Shown here: positions 9,571 through 19,869 of the stretch, piece after piece | Layout of the letters: each line of letters opens with the position of its first letter | Numbering within the stretch: position 1 is the first letter of the stretch | Assembly (NCBI GenBank): GCA_964515905.1 | Contig: CAZEWK010000086.1 | Span: 66,265-130,264 of the forward strand | DNA: 64,000 nt | Direction: 5' to 3' | From: an uncultured Rhodospirillaceae bacterium | GTDB lineage: Bacteria > Pseudomonadota > Alphaproteobacteria > UBA7887 | Made by a program: the position numbers and the translations under genes | Notes under the pieces: generated by a model | What the model saw: the letters and a program-made list of their open reading frames with translations, nothing else | Databases searched by the model: none | What the model was told of the DNA's origin: nothing

Positions 9571-10988
9571 TGTTCCTGCCAATAATTGGATGTGAACCAC
9601 CAAGGTCTATGACGGTTTTCGATGAAGATCAACTAGCAGTTGGTCAAGGGGTTACACAAAATGGGAATGATGAGGAGTTTGGCAACACGGAAGGTATGCT
9701 TTCAGATGATTCGGCAACGATAACACCAAAAGATAACAATCTGCCGCAAACAAACCTGTCGGCCACCGAAATGCTTGCTTTAATGGAAGAATCCGAAATA
9801 ACCGCCATGGCGGCGGTGGATAATCAGCCTATGGCAGTGCCCGGGGAAACTTTGTTGTCAAACTCAGTCGATCAATTACTGCGTAATCGAGATGATTCAG
9901 GAGCGTCGACTTCCGGTTTGGTAGATCGTCAACGTATTGCTGCCTTGCTAGTTCCTCTTACTGGTAGCGGTTCGGAATGGGGCAGATCGATGCTAAACGC
10001 TGCACAACTAGCCATGTTCAGTTCCTTTGACGAAAATACCCTGTTATTTGTAAAGGATACTTTAGGTACTCCCGAGGGTGCAGCCCATGCGACAAGCGAG
10101 GCAATTAACGAGGGAGCAAGCATTTTGGTAGGCCCGCTTTTTAGTGAGTCAGTGAGAGCCGCAGCTCCTATTGCTCGCCGGCATGGTGTTACCATGGTAG
10201 GCTTATCAAACGATCGCACACTAGCCGGCGAGGGTGTTTACGTTTTTGGTTTTACTCCCCATCAACAGGTAAAACGCATTGTATTTTATGCGGCTTCCTC
10301 TGGTCTAACGAGAATGGCGGCCTTGGTTCCATATAATGACTACGGTTATGCCGTCGCTTCCGCTTTCAACGAAGGTCTGAAAGAAGCGGGTATTGGGCCG
10401 GGGCATATTGAATATTTTCAATTGGATGCGTCAGATGCGGCTGACGTAGTACAACGTATTGCCATGATTAATCAGAATTCAAAAAATGCGTTCAAGCCAG
10501 CATTAGAGGGGATATTGATTGCAGCAGGTGGCAAAACATTGCGTTTGCTCGCCACACGTTTTCCTTATTTTGATATAGAAACTGATAACATTCGTCTACT
10601 TGGCACAGAACTTTGGCAGCACGAAAATCTTTTGGGAGAACCCTCTTTAAATGGAGGATGGTTTGTTGCACCTGCAACCGGTACTTTGGATGCGTTTAAC
10701 ACTATGTACAAAGAAAAATTTGAATCTGAGCCACTACGTGGCGCAGTATTAGCATACGACGCTGTTTCGTTAGCCGGTACCTTAATGAAAGAAAAAGAGG
10801 TAGATTTTGCTCCGCCGATGGGTGGACATCCTCTGCGTAGAAAAGGAGGGTTCATTGGTATCCAAGGTGCTTTTCGATTTAATGCTAAAGGAGTGGCCCA
10901 GCGGGCGCGTGCGATTTACCAGGTATCTGAAGATACTGTGGAGGTTATTGACCGACCGATAGTTGGAACGGATGAGAATGGTATGTAG
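9465..10988 (+). CDS. LpoA-family penicillin-binding protein activator-like lipoprotein
   Basis: The N-terminus carries a lipoprotein signal (RRVCSPLVWALFLPIIGC). The C-terminal half has a type-I periplasmic-binding fold (GLSNDRTLAGEGVYVFGFTP...LVPYNDYGYAVASAF). It is divergent from rsmI, matching the yraM/yraL arrangement. The start is uncertain (GTG at 9465, or GTG near 9501-9506). Confidence 0.6.
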   Translation: MIWVCALLLKEVVVPKIFSSSFPDFRRVCSPLVWALFLPIIGCEPPRSMTVFDEDQLAVGQGVTQNGNDEEFGNTEGMLSDDSATITPKDNNLPQTNLSATEMLALMEESEITAMAAVDNQPMAVPGETLLSNSVDQLLRNRDDSGASTSGLVDRQRIAALLVPLTGSGSEWGRSMLNAAQLAMFSSFDENTLLFVKDTLGTPEGAAHATSEAINEGASILVGPLFSESVRAAAPIARRHGVTMVGLSNDRTLAGEGVYVFGFTPHQQVKRIVFYAASSGLTRMAALVPYNDYGYAVASAFNEGLKEAGIGPGHIEYFQLDASDAADVVQRIAMINQNSKNAFKPALEGILIAAGGKTLRLLATRFPYFDIETDNIRLLGTELWQHENLLGEPSLNGGWFVAPATGTLDAFNTMYKEKFESEPLRGAVLAYDAVSLAGTLMKEKEVDFAPPMGGHPLRRKGGFIGIQGAFRFNAKGVAQRARAIYQVSEDTVEVIDRPIVGTDENGM

Positions 10989-11007
10989 GTCTGAGTGCCG
11001 AACGGCA

Positions 11008-12207
11008 TTATGGGAAAATTCTGGCTAGGACGGAATCTAAAACTAATAAGCCGCTTGGTGTTAGACGTAAGGAATTTCGATCGTTGGATACGAGATTTGC
11101 ATCCTCCAAAGCAGAAAGAGTTGCGGTATTCAATATATCCTCCAGATTTAAACCAATGCGTCTATGGAAGCTCTTGCGGTTTAGGCCGGTTTTTAGGCGT
11201 AAACCCATCATGACCATTTCTCGAGCGCTTTCCGACCTAGAGAGAATTTTTTTTTGGGATGTGCCGTATTTCTCTGATGAAGCAGCTAGTAGCCAACGTG
11301 CGGGCTGTCGAAATTGCTCCAATGCTTGAATCTGTGAATCGATCATAATCCTACTATGAGCGCCCGGCCCAATTCCCAAATAGTCTCCGTACTGCCAATA
11401 GGTAAGATTATGCTGGCTTTCATTTCCTTTGCTTGCATGATTTGAAACTTCGTAAGCAGGAAGACCTACTTCCTCGAGAAGTCCCTGCGTGGTTTGGTAC
11501 AGATCGGCAGCAATTCCTTCACTGGGCAATATCAGGGAACCTCGTCTAGCCAAGTCATAAAAAGGAGTGCCTTTTTCGATAGTTAACTGGTATACCGAAA
11601 TGTGGTTGTTTATGAGATCTAGCGCCATTTGAAGCTCGTTGCGCCAATCTTTTACGGTTTGCTCAGGGCGCCCATAAATTAGGTCGATGGATATCCGGTC
11701 AAATACTTTGGCCCCAATCTGAGCTGCCGAAATGCCCTCTGCGGCCGTGTGTTCACGGCCAAGAAATTTTAGAGAATTGTTTTGTAAGGACTGTATGCCA
11801 AGAGACACCCTATTGATCCCAGCGGATCGAAAAGCTCGAAACCTCGAAACATCAGAAGAAGAAGGGTTCGCCTCAATAGTAATTTCAACTCGTTCTGCAA
11901 CGGACCATAGTTGCGTTATGAGATCTATTATCTCTGATACCGTATTTGGATCCATAAGTGAGGGAGTGCCACCCCCAAAAAAAATACTAGTAACCTGTCG
12001 GTTTCCAATTGAAGACGCCGATCGTTTAATCTCAGATAAAAACCCCTTTTTCCAGGATTCGTGGTTAATTGTTGATGCGACGTGGCTGTTGAAGTCGCAG
12101 TAGGGGCATTTTGATAAACAGAAGGGCCAATGCAAGTATACAGCTAAGTTCTCATGATTCCGTGCGTTTTGTCCTAAAGATGGCTCTTGTGCGTCCGATT
12201 TTTCCAT
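11008..12207 (-). CDS. hemW: radical SAM heme chaperone HemW (oxygen-independent coproporphyrinogen III oxidase-like)
   Basis: 399 aa with the radical SAM motif CLSKCPYCDF and the HemN-like C-terminal domain. Confidence 0.85.
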   Translation of the reverse strand: MEKSDAQEPSLGQNARNHENLAVYLHWPFCLSKCPYCDFNSHVASTINHESWKKGFLSEIKRSASSIGNRQVTSIFFGGGTPSLMDPNTVSEIIDLITQLWSVAERVEITIEANPSSSDVSRFRAFRSAGINRVSLGIQSLQNNSLKFLGREHTAAEGISAAQIGAKVFDRISIDLIYGRPEQTVKDWRNELQMALDLINNHISVYQLTIEKGTPFYDLARRGSLILPSEGIAADLYQTTQGLLEEVGLPAYEVSNHASKGNESQHNLTYWQYGDYLGIGPGAHSRIMIDSQIQALEQFRQPARWLLAASSEKYGTSQKKILSRSESAREMVMMGLRLKTGLNRKSFHRRIGLNLEDILNTATLSALEDANLVSNDRNSLRLTPSGLLVLDSVLARIFP

Positions 12208-12226
12208 GACTTATTTTTAGCAGGCT

Positions 12227-12826
12227 TCAGTTCTTTAAAATTAGGTGTTGGGCAACCAGCTTCTTAAAAGCGTCTGATCTATGACTTAACAGATCCTTAT
12301 CTTTTGGAGCCATTTCCCCGAATGTCTCTTGGATGCCGAGTGGCCTAAATATGGGATCATAACCAAATCCATTTTCCCCGCGAGGTGGGAACACTAATGT
12401 GCCGTGAACCCTGCCCTCAAAAAATTCACATTCACCGTCGGGCCAGGCTAGAGCAAGGGAACACACGAAATAGGCGGCAGGATCTTGTTTTCCTAGTTGT
12501 TGTTCAATTCGTGAGATTGCCAATTTGAAGTCTTTGTTGGGTCCTGCCCAACGTGCAGAATAGATTCCAGGAGCACCGTTAAGAGCAGGAATCACAAGGC
12601 CTGAGTCATCTGCAAGAGCCAGTAAACTGGTTTGATCTCGAGCAGCCTTTGCTTTTATTGCTGCATTTTCAGAGAATGTAGAGCCTGTTTCCTCAGGTTC
12701 AGCAAGTTGGAGTTCCGTTGCGAAACTGAAGTTTAGTTTATATTCTGCAAGCAGGATACCAATTTCTCTTGCTTTTCCTAAATTATGAGTCGCAATTATT
12801 AGTTCTTGATTAAAGATCGAGTGCAT
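12227..12826 (-). CDS. rdgB: non-canonical purine NTP pyrophosphatase (RdgB/Ham1 family)
   Basis: 199 aa with the motifs [13 protein letters not shown] and FGYDPIF. Confidence 0.9.
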   Translation of the reverse strand: MHSIFNQELIIATHNLGKAREIGILLAEYKLNFSFATELQLAEPEETGSTFSENAAIKAKAARDQTSLLALADDSGLVIPALNGAPGIYSARWAGPNKDFKLAISRIEQQLGKQDPAAYFVCSLALAWPDGECEFFEGRVHGTLVFPPRGENGFGYDPIFRPLGIQETFGEMAPKDKDLLSHRSDAFKKLVAQHLILKN

Positions 12827-12888
12827 TGCAATAAATTGAGAATATTGGATTGTTGCTCGTATTTTGTAGTAAGTAAGCGACTGGAAAT

Positions 12889-13608
12889 TTAAACTAAATC
12901 AAGCGCAGTGCGTTGGACAGTATAAAGTTCTTCTGACGCTTTTGTGGCGCAATTTAACAGCTGATCAAGTTGCTGGCGGGAAAATGGGCCAGTTTCTCCT
13001 GTAGCTTGTACTTCAACTAATCCGCCTTTGGCGGTCATTACAAAATTTGCGTCAGTTTGAGCGGTACTATCTTCTTCGTAGTCCAAATCAACCAAAACCT
13101 CTCCATCCACCAGGCCACAGGAAATAGCCGCGACTTGATCGGTTATGGGAATTGTAGTTACCAACCCCTGATTGGCTAGGTGGGAAAAAGCTTTGTACAA
13201 CGCCACATATGCACCGGTTATCGATGCTGTGCGTGTCCCACCATCCGCCTGTACCACATCACAATCAATCCGGATTTGCCTTTCTCCAAAAGCATCGAGT
13301 CGGACTACTGACCTTAAACTTCGACCTATTAGCCGCTGAATTTCTTGGGTTCGGCCAGTTTGGCGGCCTCTAGACGCTTCTCGATCCGTGCGTGAATTTG
13401 TGGATCGCGGTAGCATCCCGTATTCTGCGGTTACCCATCCCCGACCGCTATTACGCAGGAAAGGCGGTACTCTGTCGTCTATGCTCGCTGTACACAAAAC
13501 GTGAGTATCGCCGAACTTAGCAAAACACGAGCCTTCAGCGTGCTTGCTGACTTGGGCTTCAAGAACGATTTTTCGGAGTTCTGTTGCCATGCGCCCAGAT
13601 GCTCTCAT
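12889..13608 (-). CDS. rph: ribonuclease PH
   Basis: 239 aa with the motifs [12 protein letters not shown]...VQADGGTR...TAKGG. Confidence 0.93.
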   Translation of the reverse strand: MRASGRMATELRKIVLEAQVSKHAEGSCFAKFGDTHVLCTASIDDRVPPFLRNSGRGWVTAEYGMLPRSTNSRTDREASRGRQTGRTQEIQRLIGRSLRSVVRLDAFGERQIRIDCDVVQADGGTRTASITGAYVALYKAFSHLANQGLVTTIPITDQVAAISCGLVDGEVLVDLDYEEDSTAQTDANFVMTAKGGLVEVQATGETGPFSRQQLDQLLNCATKASEELYTVQRTALDLV

Positions 13609-13778
13609 GATTTAGCAACCTTTCGATTTGGTAGAACATATCCAAGCTACCGCGGTGTGGTCCCACAGTCTAGTCCGAGTGTTTATAGTCCAAACTATAT
13701 TCGAGAATATTGTATTTTATGTGTACGAAAGTTAGATTTACTCACTTAGTGTTTTTTTAGCTGTAACTGACAACGTAT

Positions 13779-14849
13779 ATGATTAGTGAACTTACTGAAC
13801 GCTCGCGAGAGATTTTCAGGGAAATAGTAGAAACGTATTTCGAAACAGGTGAGCCAGTTGGATCACAGACTCTGTCACAGCGACTCGCGCTGACACTTTC
13901 CCCCGCAACAATCCGGAATGTTATGTCAGATCTAGAGGACTCCGGTCTTTTGTTTGCTCCGCATACATCTGCCGGGCGTTTGCCTACTGATCGTGGTGTA
14001 CGTCTTTTTGTAGATGGTCTTTTACAAGTGGGGCATTTGACATCTGATGAACGTGAGAACATAGAAGAAACATGCGTGGGAGACGGGCGAAGTCTAACTG
14101 AAGTTTTAAACGAAACAACGGATATGCTGTCGGATCTTACGAAAACAGCGAGTTTGGTTGTGGCTCCTAAATCTGAAGCAGCAGTCAACCATGTTGAGTT
14201 TGTGCTTTTGTCATCAGGAAAAGCCCTTGCAATTATGGTCACTGAAACCGGACTGGTCGAAAATAGATTGATTGATTTGCCTGTGGGTTTCACGCCTTCC
14301 ACCCTTGTTGAAGCGGCGAACTATCTCAACGCTCGACTTTCGGGGCATACTTTAACCGATGCCCACCAAAGTATTACAAAAGACCTCGATACACACTCAA
14401 GTCAGTTGGATGATCTTGCGGCACGTGTCGTTGAATCAGGCATTGCTACTTGGTCCAGCAATGGGGATGAGGGTCTATTAATTTTGCGCGGCAGAGCCAA
14501 CTTATTTGACGATGTAGATGCTATTGATGACCTTGAAAGGCTGCGCCAGTTATTCGATATATTGGAGAGAAAAAAGAGCTTATTAAAAGTAATTGAGAAG
14601 ACCCAAGCTGCGGAGGGCGTGCACGTTTTTATTGGTTCAGATAACCGGCTCTTTGATTTATCCGGTTGTTCATTGATTGTTGCCCCATTGCGGGATACTG
14701 CCTCAATGGCTTCCCGTCCGCTTGGTGCAATTGGTGTAATCGGGCCAACTAGAATTAACTATGCGCGCATCATACCGATGGTTGACTATACAGCTCGTGC
14801 TATAAGCCGTTTGATGACTAGAAATAGTGGATTGATTGATGAAAAATAA
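13779..14849 (+). CDS. hrcA: heat-inducible transcription repressor HrcA
   Basis: 356 aa starting MISELTERSREIFREIVETYFETGEPVGSQTLS. It is divergent from rph. No CIRCE element was found upstream. Confidence 0.9.
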   Translation: MISELTERSREIFREIVETYFETGEPVGSQTLSQRLALTLSPATIRNVMSDLEDSGLLFAPHTSAGRLPTDRGVRLFVDGLLQVGHLTSDERENIEETCVGDGRSLTEVLNETTDMLSDLTKTASLVVAPKSEAAVNHVEFVLLSSGKALAIMVTETGLVENRLIDLPVGFTPSTLVEAANYLNARLSGHTLTDAHQSITKDLDTHSSQLDDLAARVVESGIATWSSNGDEGLLILRGRANLFDDVDAIDDLERLRQLFDILERKKSLLKVIEKTQAAEGVHVFIGSDNRLFDLSGCSLIVAPLRDTASMASRPLGAIGVIGPTRINYARIIPMVDYTARAISRLMTRNSGLIDEK

Positions 14850-15534
14850 TAGAAAAGACAAAAAGGCAAACTTGGAGTCAGATGATGCGCAAAAGCCGGA
14901 TATAGATGCAGCGACTGACCAAAGTGAGAAGAGGAATGTTTTGAGGCGAGCTAATGAAGTCAACGAAGACGAATCTACGGTGTCCAGCGATGAAGACGAT
15001 TATGTTCATCCGGATCAAGACGACCCCGAGATAAGCAACGCACCGGATGTATTAGAAGAAACAGAATCATTAAGAGATCAATTATTGCGTGCTTTGGCGG
15101 AAGTTGAGAATGTCCGCAAACGGGCAGATAGAGATCGAGAAGAGGCTTCAAAGTATGGTATCACCAGTTTTGCGAGAGACATTGTTAGTATTGCGGATAA
15201 CTTAAAACGGGCCTTGGAGAGCGTCCCTAATTTGAATGAGAGGGAGGCTGCCGATAACCCAATCACTAAAAGCCTTCAGGAAGGTATATCTTTGACCCAG
15301 CAGGAGCTAGAGAGTGTTCTGGCTCGACACGGTATTGAACGGATAGAGCCATTGGGTGAAGTTTTTGATCACAATTACCATCAAGCGATGTTCGAGCTGG
15401 ACAATGAGGACCAGCCCGCTGGTACGGTTGTCCAAGTCTTGCAACCGGGTTATAAGATTCATGATCGGTTGTTGCGACCGGCTATGGTCGGGGTAGTAAA
15501 AAAAAGGCCAATAGAGCCTAAGCCAGAAGGGTAG
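14836..15534 (+). CDS. grpE: nucleotide exchange factor GrpE
   Basis: 232 aa with an acidic N-terminus and the GrpE core (LRALAEVENVRKRADRDR...). It overlaps the end of hrcA by 14 nt. Confidence 0.9.
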   Translation: MMKNNRKDKKANLESDDAQKPDIDAATDQSEKRNVLRRANEVNEDESTVSSDEDDYVHPDQDDPEISNAPDVLEETESLRDQLLRALAEVENVRKRADRDREEASKYGITSFARDIVSIADNLKRALESVPNLNEREAADNPITKSLQEGISLTQQELESVLARHGIERIEPLGEVFDHNYHQAMFELDNEDQPAGTVVQVLQPGYKIHDRLLRPAMVGVVKKRPIEPKPEG

Positions 15535-15571
15535 CCGATCATATTTTCACAAAAATCCCATTTGTGTAAGG

Positions 15572-15600
15572 TTGTACCCGAACTATAAAACCCCCATATA
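15572..15600 (+). promoter_or_regulatory. candidate RpoH (sigma-32) type heat-shock promoter upstream of dnaK
   Basis: A TTGTAC -35 element (15572-15577) is followed by a 14-nt spacer and CCCCATATAT (15591-15600), which matches the sigma-32 -10 consensus CCCCATNT. It lies about 120 nt upstream of the dnaK ATG. Confidence 0.45.
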
Positions 15601-15719
15601 TCAGCGATATACCAATTTCGGCTCGAAAGTGGGATGGGCATTCTACGTTTTTTCGAGGCGAAACCGGGTGTTGCAGGGCTTCATAAATAGTAGGTTGTGA
15701 CTGGATAGAAGAGGGTTCT

Positions 15720-17639
15720 ATGAGCAAGATTATTGGTATCGATTTAGGGACTACCAATTCGTGCGTTGCTGTTATGGAAGGCAAAGAGGCGCGGGTAATC
15801 GAAAACTCGGAGGGCGCCCGGACGACGCCATCCATAGTGGCATTTTCTGATGATGGAGAACGCCTGGTTGGGCAGCCGGCAAAAAGGCAGATGGTGACTA
15901 ATCCAGAGGGGAGTTTTTTTGCTATCAAACGTTTAATTGGCCGTTCCTATGATGATCCGGCAGTTCAAAAAGACGCTGATATGGTGCCATTTAAGATCAC
16001 TAAGGCAGATAACGGTGACGCTTGGGTTGAAGCTAAAGATAAGAAGTATGCTCCAAGTCAGATAAGCGCGTTTGTACTCCAGAAAATGAAGGAAACAGCC
16101 GAAAGTTATTTGGGAGATACGGTAGACAAGGCTGTTATTACGGTTCCAGCATATTTCAATGATTCGCAGCGCCAAGCGACGAAAGATGCGGGTCAGATAG
16201 CGGGTTTGGAGGTATTACGGATTATTAATGAACCGACTGCGGCGGCATTCGGATACGGTCTGGATAAGAAAGACGGTGGAGTCATCGCTGTATATGATTT
16301 AGGTGGCGGTACTTTCGATGTATCTATTTTAGAAATTGGAGATGGAGTTTTTGAGGTTAAGGCGACTAATGGCGATACATTCTTAGGCGGAGAAGATTTT
16401 GATCTCCGAATCGTTAATTACCTTGCTGATGAGTTTAAAAAAGAAAATGCGATAGATCTTTTAAAAGATAAGCTTGCCCTCCAGCGTTTGAAGGAAGCCG
16501 CAGAAAAAGCGAAGGTGGAGCTATCCAGTACTCCACAAACTGAGATTAATCTTCCATTCATAACAGCAGATCAAGCAGGTCCAAAGCATTTGGCTATAAA
16601 ATTGACTCGTGCAAAGCTTGAGGCTCTGGCAGCAGATTTAGTCGAAAGAACTATCGACCCATGCAGGCAAGCGCTTAAAGATGCGGGTCTAAGCGCGAGC
16701 GAAATTGACGACGTCGTTTTGGTTGGGGGCATGACCCGAATGCCTAAGGTAATCGAGACAGTAAAGAATTTTTTTGGTCGCGAGCCTCATAAAGGTGTAA
16801 ATCCGGATGAAGTCGTTGCGGTTGGCGCAGCCATCCAAGGGGCTGTTCTTAGTGGTGACGTGAAGGATGTTTTGTTGCTAGATGTAACGCCACTGTCATT
16901 GGGGATAGAGACTTTAGGTGGGGTCTTCACTCGTTTAATTGATCGAAATACCACAATCCCAACCAAAAAAAGTCAGACCTTCTCAACCGCTGATGACAAT
17001 CAGAATGCTGTTACGATAAGGGTTTTTCAAGGTGAACGAGAAATGGCCAACGACAATAAGGCGCTCGGTCAGTTTGATTTGGTTGGAATACCTCCTGCTC
17101 CGAGGGGAGTACCACAAATTGAAGTTACGTTTGATATCGATGCGAACGGAATCGTAAATGTATCGGCTAAAGACAAAGGCACGGGCAAAGAACAACAAAT
17201 CCAAATTCAGGCCTCTGGTGGTCTTGGTGAAGACGATATAGAGCGAATGGTAGCAGAGGCGGAACAGCATGCTGACGATGATCGTAAGAGGCGAGAACTA
17301 GTAGATAAGCGCAATCATGCAGATGGTTTGATTCATGCAACTGAGAAATCATTGGCTGAGTTTGGTGACAAGGTAGGTGAGACGGACAAAGAGGAAATTG
17401 AAAATGCAACCAGTAAGCTTCGAGATGTCATGTCTGGAGAAGATCCGGCGGAAATTCAGGTCGCTATCGATAAGCTGCAAGAAGTATCGATGAAGTTAGG
17501 AGAAGCTATGTATAAGGAGCAAGCTGCTGCTGCTTCGCCTGATGGAGATACTAATAATGCTGATGGAGGCACCGATGAAACTGTAGTCGATGCTGATTTT
17601 GAAGAGGTTAAGGATGATGATACAACAACCCGGCAATAA
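15720..17639 (+). CDS. dnaK: molecular chaperone DnaK (Hsp70)
   Basis: 639 aa starting [18 protein letters not shown], with the motif [13 protein letters not shown] strong RBS (AGAGGG) precedes the ATG. Confidence 0.97.
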   Translation: MSKIIGIDLGTTNSCVAVMEGKEARVIENSEGARTTPSIVAFSDDGERLVGQPAKRQMVTNPEGSFFAIKRLIGRSYDDPAVQKDADMVPFKITKADNGDAWVEAKDKKYAPSQISAFVLQKMKETAESYLGDTVDKAVITVPAYFNDSQRQATKDAGQIAGLEVLRIINEPTAAAFGYGLDKKDGGVIAVYDLGGGTFDVSILEIGDGVFEVKATNGDTFLGGEDFDLRIVNYLADEFKKENAIDLLKDKLALQRLKEAAEKAKVELSSTPQTEINLPFITADQAGPKHLAIKLTRAKLEALAADLVERTIDPCRQALKDAGLSASEIDDVVLVGGMTRMPKVIETVKNFFGREPHKGVNPDEVVAVGAAIQGAVLSGDVKDVLLLDVTPLSLGIETLGGVFTRLIDRNTTIPTKKSQTFSTADDNQNAVTIRVFQGEREMANDNKALGQFDLVGIPPAPRGVPQIEVTFDIDANGIVNVSAKDKGTGKEQQIQIQASGGLGEDDIERMVAEAEQHADDDRKRRELVDKRNHADGLIHATEKSLAEFGDKVGETDKEEIENATSKLRDVMSGEDPAEIQVAIDKLQEVSMKLGEAMYKEQAAAASPDGDTNNADGGTDETVVDADFEEVKDDDTTTRQ

Positions 17640-17736
17640 GGGTGCATATAATCATTGAGACTTTGGCTCTAAATAAAACAACTGGTGATTAGAGCAATGA
17701 CCGTTAGGTCTTTTCGGGGAATGGAGTAATATATTT

Positions 17737-18861
17737 ATGGCCAAGCGCGATTATTATGAAACGCTCGGTCTAGACCGAAACGCTGGCGATAGTGATATAA
17801 AGAAAGCTTACCGTCGTTTAGCGATGGAATGCCATCCAGACCGGAATCCAGGAGACACTGAGGCCGAGAAACAGTTTAAAGAGCTATCAGAAGCTTATAG
17901 TGTTTTGAAGGACGGAGAGAAACGGTCCGCTTACGACCAATTTGGGCACGCTGCTTTTGAAGGATCCGCTGGTGGGCCTGGTGGTGGTTTTGGATTTACA
18001 GCTTCTAGCTTTGCTGATGTGTTTGACGATTTGTTTGGTGATTTTGTTGGGCGCCGAGGGAATTCGGGCGGCCAATCTGGGGGGGACCTGAGATATAACC
18101 TTGAGATATCCCTTGAGGATGCATACCACGGAAAGAGTACGACAATTCGGGCTAATAGTGCTGCTACATGTGACGCATGTGGGGGTAGTGGGGCAGAAAA
18201 AGGAACTTCCCCTGTGACATGTAACGGTTGTGGCGGAGCAGGAAAAGTGCGAGCCCAACAGGGTTTCTTCACTATAGAGCGGACTTGTCCCAGCTGCCAG
18301 GGTGCTGGCCAAAGAATAGAGAGTATATGCACGGGGTGTGGCGGAGGCGGTCGCGTAGCAAAGGAAAAACAGCTGCAGGTTAATATACCGCGTGGTGTTG
18401 ATGACGGGATGCGCATACGACTTACGGGGGAAGGAGAAGCGGGTGTGCGAGGTGGTCCACCGGGGGATCTTTATATTTTCATAAAAATTTCTTCGCACGC
18501 TTTGTTTCAACGAGATGGCGCGGAGCTTTATTGCAGTGTTCCCCTGCCTATGACTCAAGCTACTTTGGGAGGGACAATTGAAGTACCAAGTTTGGATGGA
18601 AGCAGAGCACGGATAACGATCCCTGAGGGTACACAGAGTGGACAACAATTCCGTTTACGTGGAAAAGGTATGCCGGCAGTGAGGGGCCAAAGTTTTGGTG
18701 ATATGATTGTACAAACAAAGGTTGAGACACCGGTAAATTTGTCAAAAAAACAAAAAGAGTTGCTTCGTGACTTCGAGAAGAACGGTGGAACAAATAACAA
18801 TCCGGAAACCAATGGCTTTTTCTCGTCGGTCAGAGAATTGTGGGATGATCTCAGGGACTGA
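17737..18861 (+). CDS. dnaJ: molecular chaperone DnaJ
   Basis: 374 aa with a J-domain (HPDRNPGD), a G/F-rich linker and four CxxCxGxG zinc-finger repeats. Confidence 0.95.
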   Translation: MAKRDYYETLGLDRNAGDSDIKKAYRRLAMECHPDRNPGDTEAEKQFKELSEAYSVLKDGEKRSAYDQFGHAAFEGSAGGPGGGFGFTASSFADVFDDLFGDFVGRRGNSGGQSGGDLRYNLEISLEDAYHGKSTTIRANSAATCDACGGSGAEKGTSPVTCNGCGGAGKVRAQQGFFTIERTCPSCQGAGQRIESICTGCGGGGRVAKEKQLQVNIPRGVDDGMRIRLTGEGEAGVRGGPPGDLYIFIKISSHALFQRDGAELYCSVPLPMTQATLGGTIEVPSLDGSRARITIPEGTQSGQQFRLRGKGMPAVRGQSFGDMIVQTKVETPVNLSKKQKELLRDFEKNGGTNNNPETNGFFSSVRELWDDLRD

Positions 18862-18913
18862 ACCGGATCCTGGATTTGGTTGGTCGGTATTATTCTTTTG
18901 AGAGACGTGATCA

Positions 18914-19726
18914 ATGGAACAAGTAAAGTTCGGAGTGGTTGGGGCGGCTGGACGTATGGGCCAATCGTTGGTGAAGCAAGTCGTTCGGACAGAAGGCGCG
19001 TGTTTAGTGGCCACTAGTGAACGGAAATCCCACCCAGCGTTAGGGCAGGATATTGGTCTGCTGTGTGGCCTTGGGCCCCTGAATATTGAAATTACAGACA
19101 ATGCCTCGGAGGTTTTTAAATCAGCTGATTGTGTGTTGGAGTTTTCGAGCCCACAAGCAACGGCTGCCCATGCTCAAATTGCTGCGGTTAGACACGTGTG
19201 CCACGTTATAGGCACTACGGGGCTTGATACACAAGAACAGGCTAGTATTGGGGCATGTGCTAAAGAGACAGCCATATTTTGGGCAGCCAACATGAGTATA
19301 GGCGTCAATGTCCTTCTTATTCTTGCGGAACAAGCAGCTGCTATTCTAAGTGATGATTTTGATATCGAAATTATGGAGATGCATCATCGGCATAAGGTGG
19401 ATGCTCCTTCTGGCACCGCATTAGCTTTGGGTCGAGCGGTCGCTAAGGGGCGAAATGTCGATTTGGAGGTCGTAAGTCAGCGAATTCGGGACGGCATAAC
19501 TGGTGAACGTAAGCGTGGCGATATAGGTTTTGCGGTCTTGCGAGGGGGCGATGTGGTCGGGACACATAACGTAATTTTGGCGGGTCAAAATGATCGATTG
19601 GAATTAAGTCACCACGCGACATCACGTCAGATTTTTGCTGAAGGAGCCGTTCGGGCGGGTTTGTGGCTACGCGGAAAGCCAGCGGGCCTCTATGGAATGA
19701 GTGACATGTTAGAAACTGTTGTATGA
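18914..19726 (+). CDS. dapB: 4-hydroxy-tetrahydrodipicolinate reductase
   Basis: 270 aa starting VKFGVVGAAGRMGQ, with the motif EMHHRHKVDAPSGTA. Confidence 0.9.
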   Translation: MEQVKFGVVGAAGRMGQSLVKQVVRTEGACLVATSERKSHPALGQDIGLLCGLGPLNIEITDNASEVFKSADCVLEFSSPQATAAHAQIAAVRHVCHVIGTTGLDTQEQASIGACAKETAIFWAANMSIGVNVLLILAEQAAAILSDDFDIEIMEMHHRHKVDAPSGTALALGRAVAKGRNVDLEVVSQRIRDGITGERKRGDIGFAVLRGGDVVGTHNVILAGQNDRLELSHHATSRQIFAEGAVRAGLWLRGKPAGLYGMSDMLETVV

Positions 19727-19785
19727 GTTACCCGATGGTCTGGTTTCTATGGGGTTTTATTAAGATAACTCGGTGCTGAGAGGCG

Positions 19786-19822
19786 GTGAACGGTTCACAT
19801 CGGTTTGCGGGTTTGTTATTAG
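19786..19822 (+). terminator. candidate terminator hairpin after dapB
   Basis: A perfect 13-nt palindrome GTGAACGGTTCAC (19786-19798) is followed by the T-rich run ATCGGTTTGCGGGTTTGTTATT. It lies between convergent dapB and the DUF2244-like gene. Confidence 0.3.
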
Positions 19823-19869
19823 ACTTGCTTGCCCATCTGTGGTTGCCGTGCAGCGATAGGAACTAATGC

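Noticed and set aside
13609-13778. Search for a CIRCE operator upstream of hrcA
   Set aside because: Only weak partial matches were found (TTAGCAACC..., GAGTGTTTA). There is no 9-N9-9 inverted repeat. Alphaproteobacterial CIRCE is normally at groESL, not hrcA.
15539-15928. 129-aa minus-strand ORF spanning the dnaK promoter and 5' end
   Set aside because: It overlaps the dnaK start and the sigma-32-like promoter and has no homology features. It is spurious.
17887-18648. Long antisense ORFs (253 aa and 161 aa, minus strand) inside dnaJ
   Set aside because: They lie opposite the Gly/Cys-rich repeat region of dnaJ, have a low-complexity Pro/Ser/Thr-rich composition and no start context. These are typical spurious antisense ORFs in a GC-rich repeat segment.
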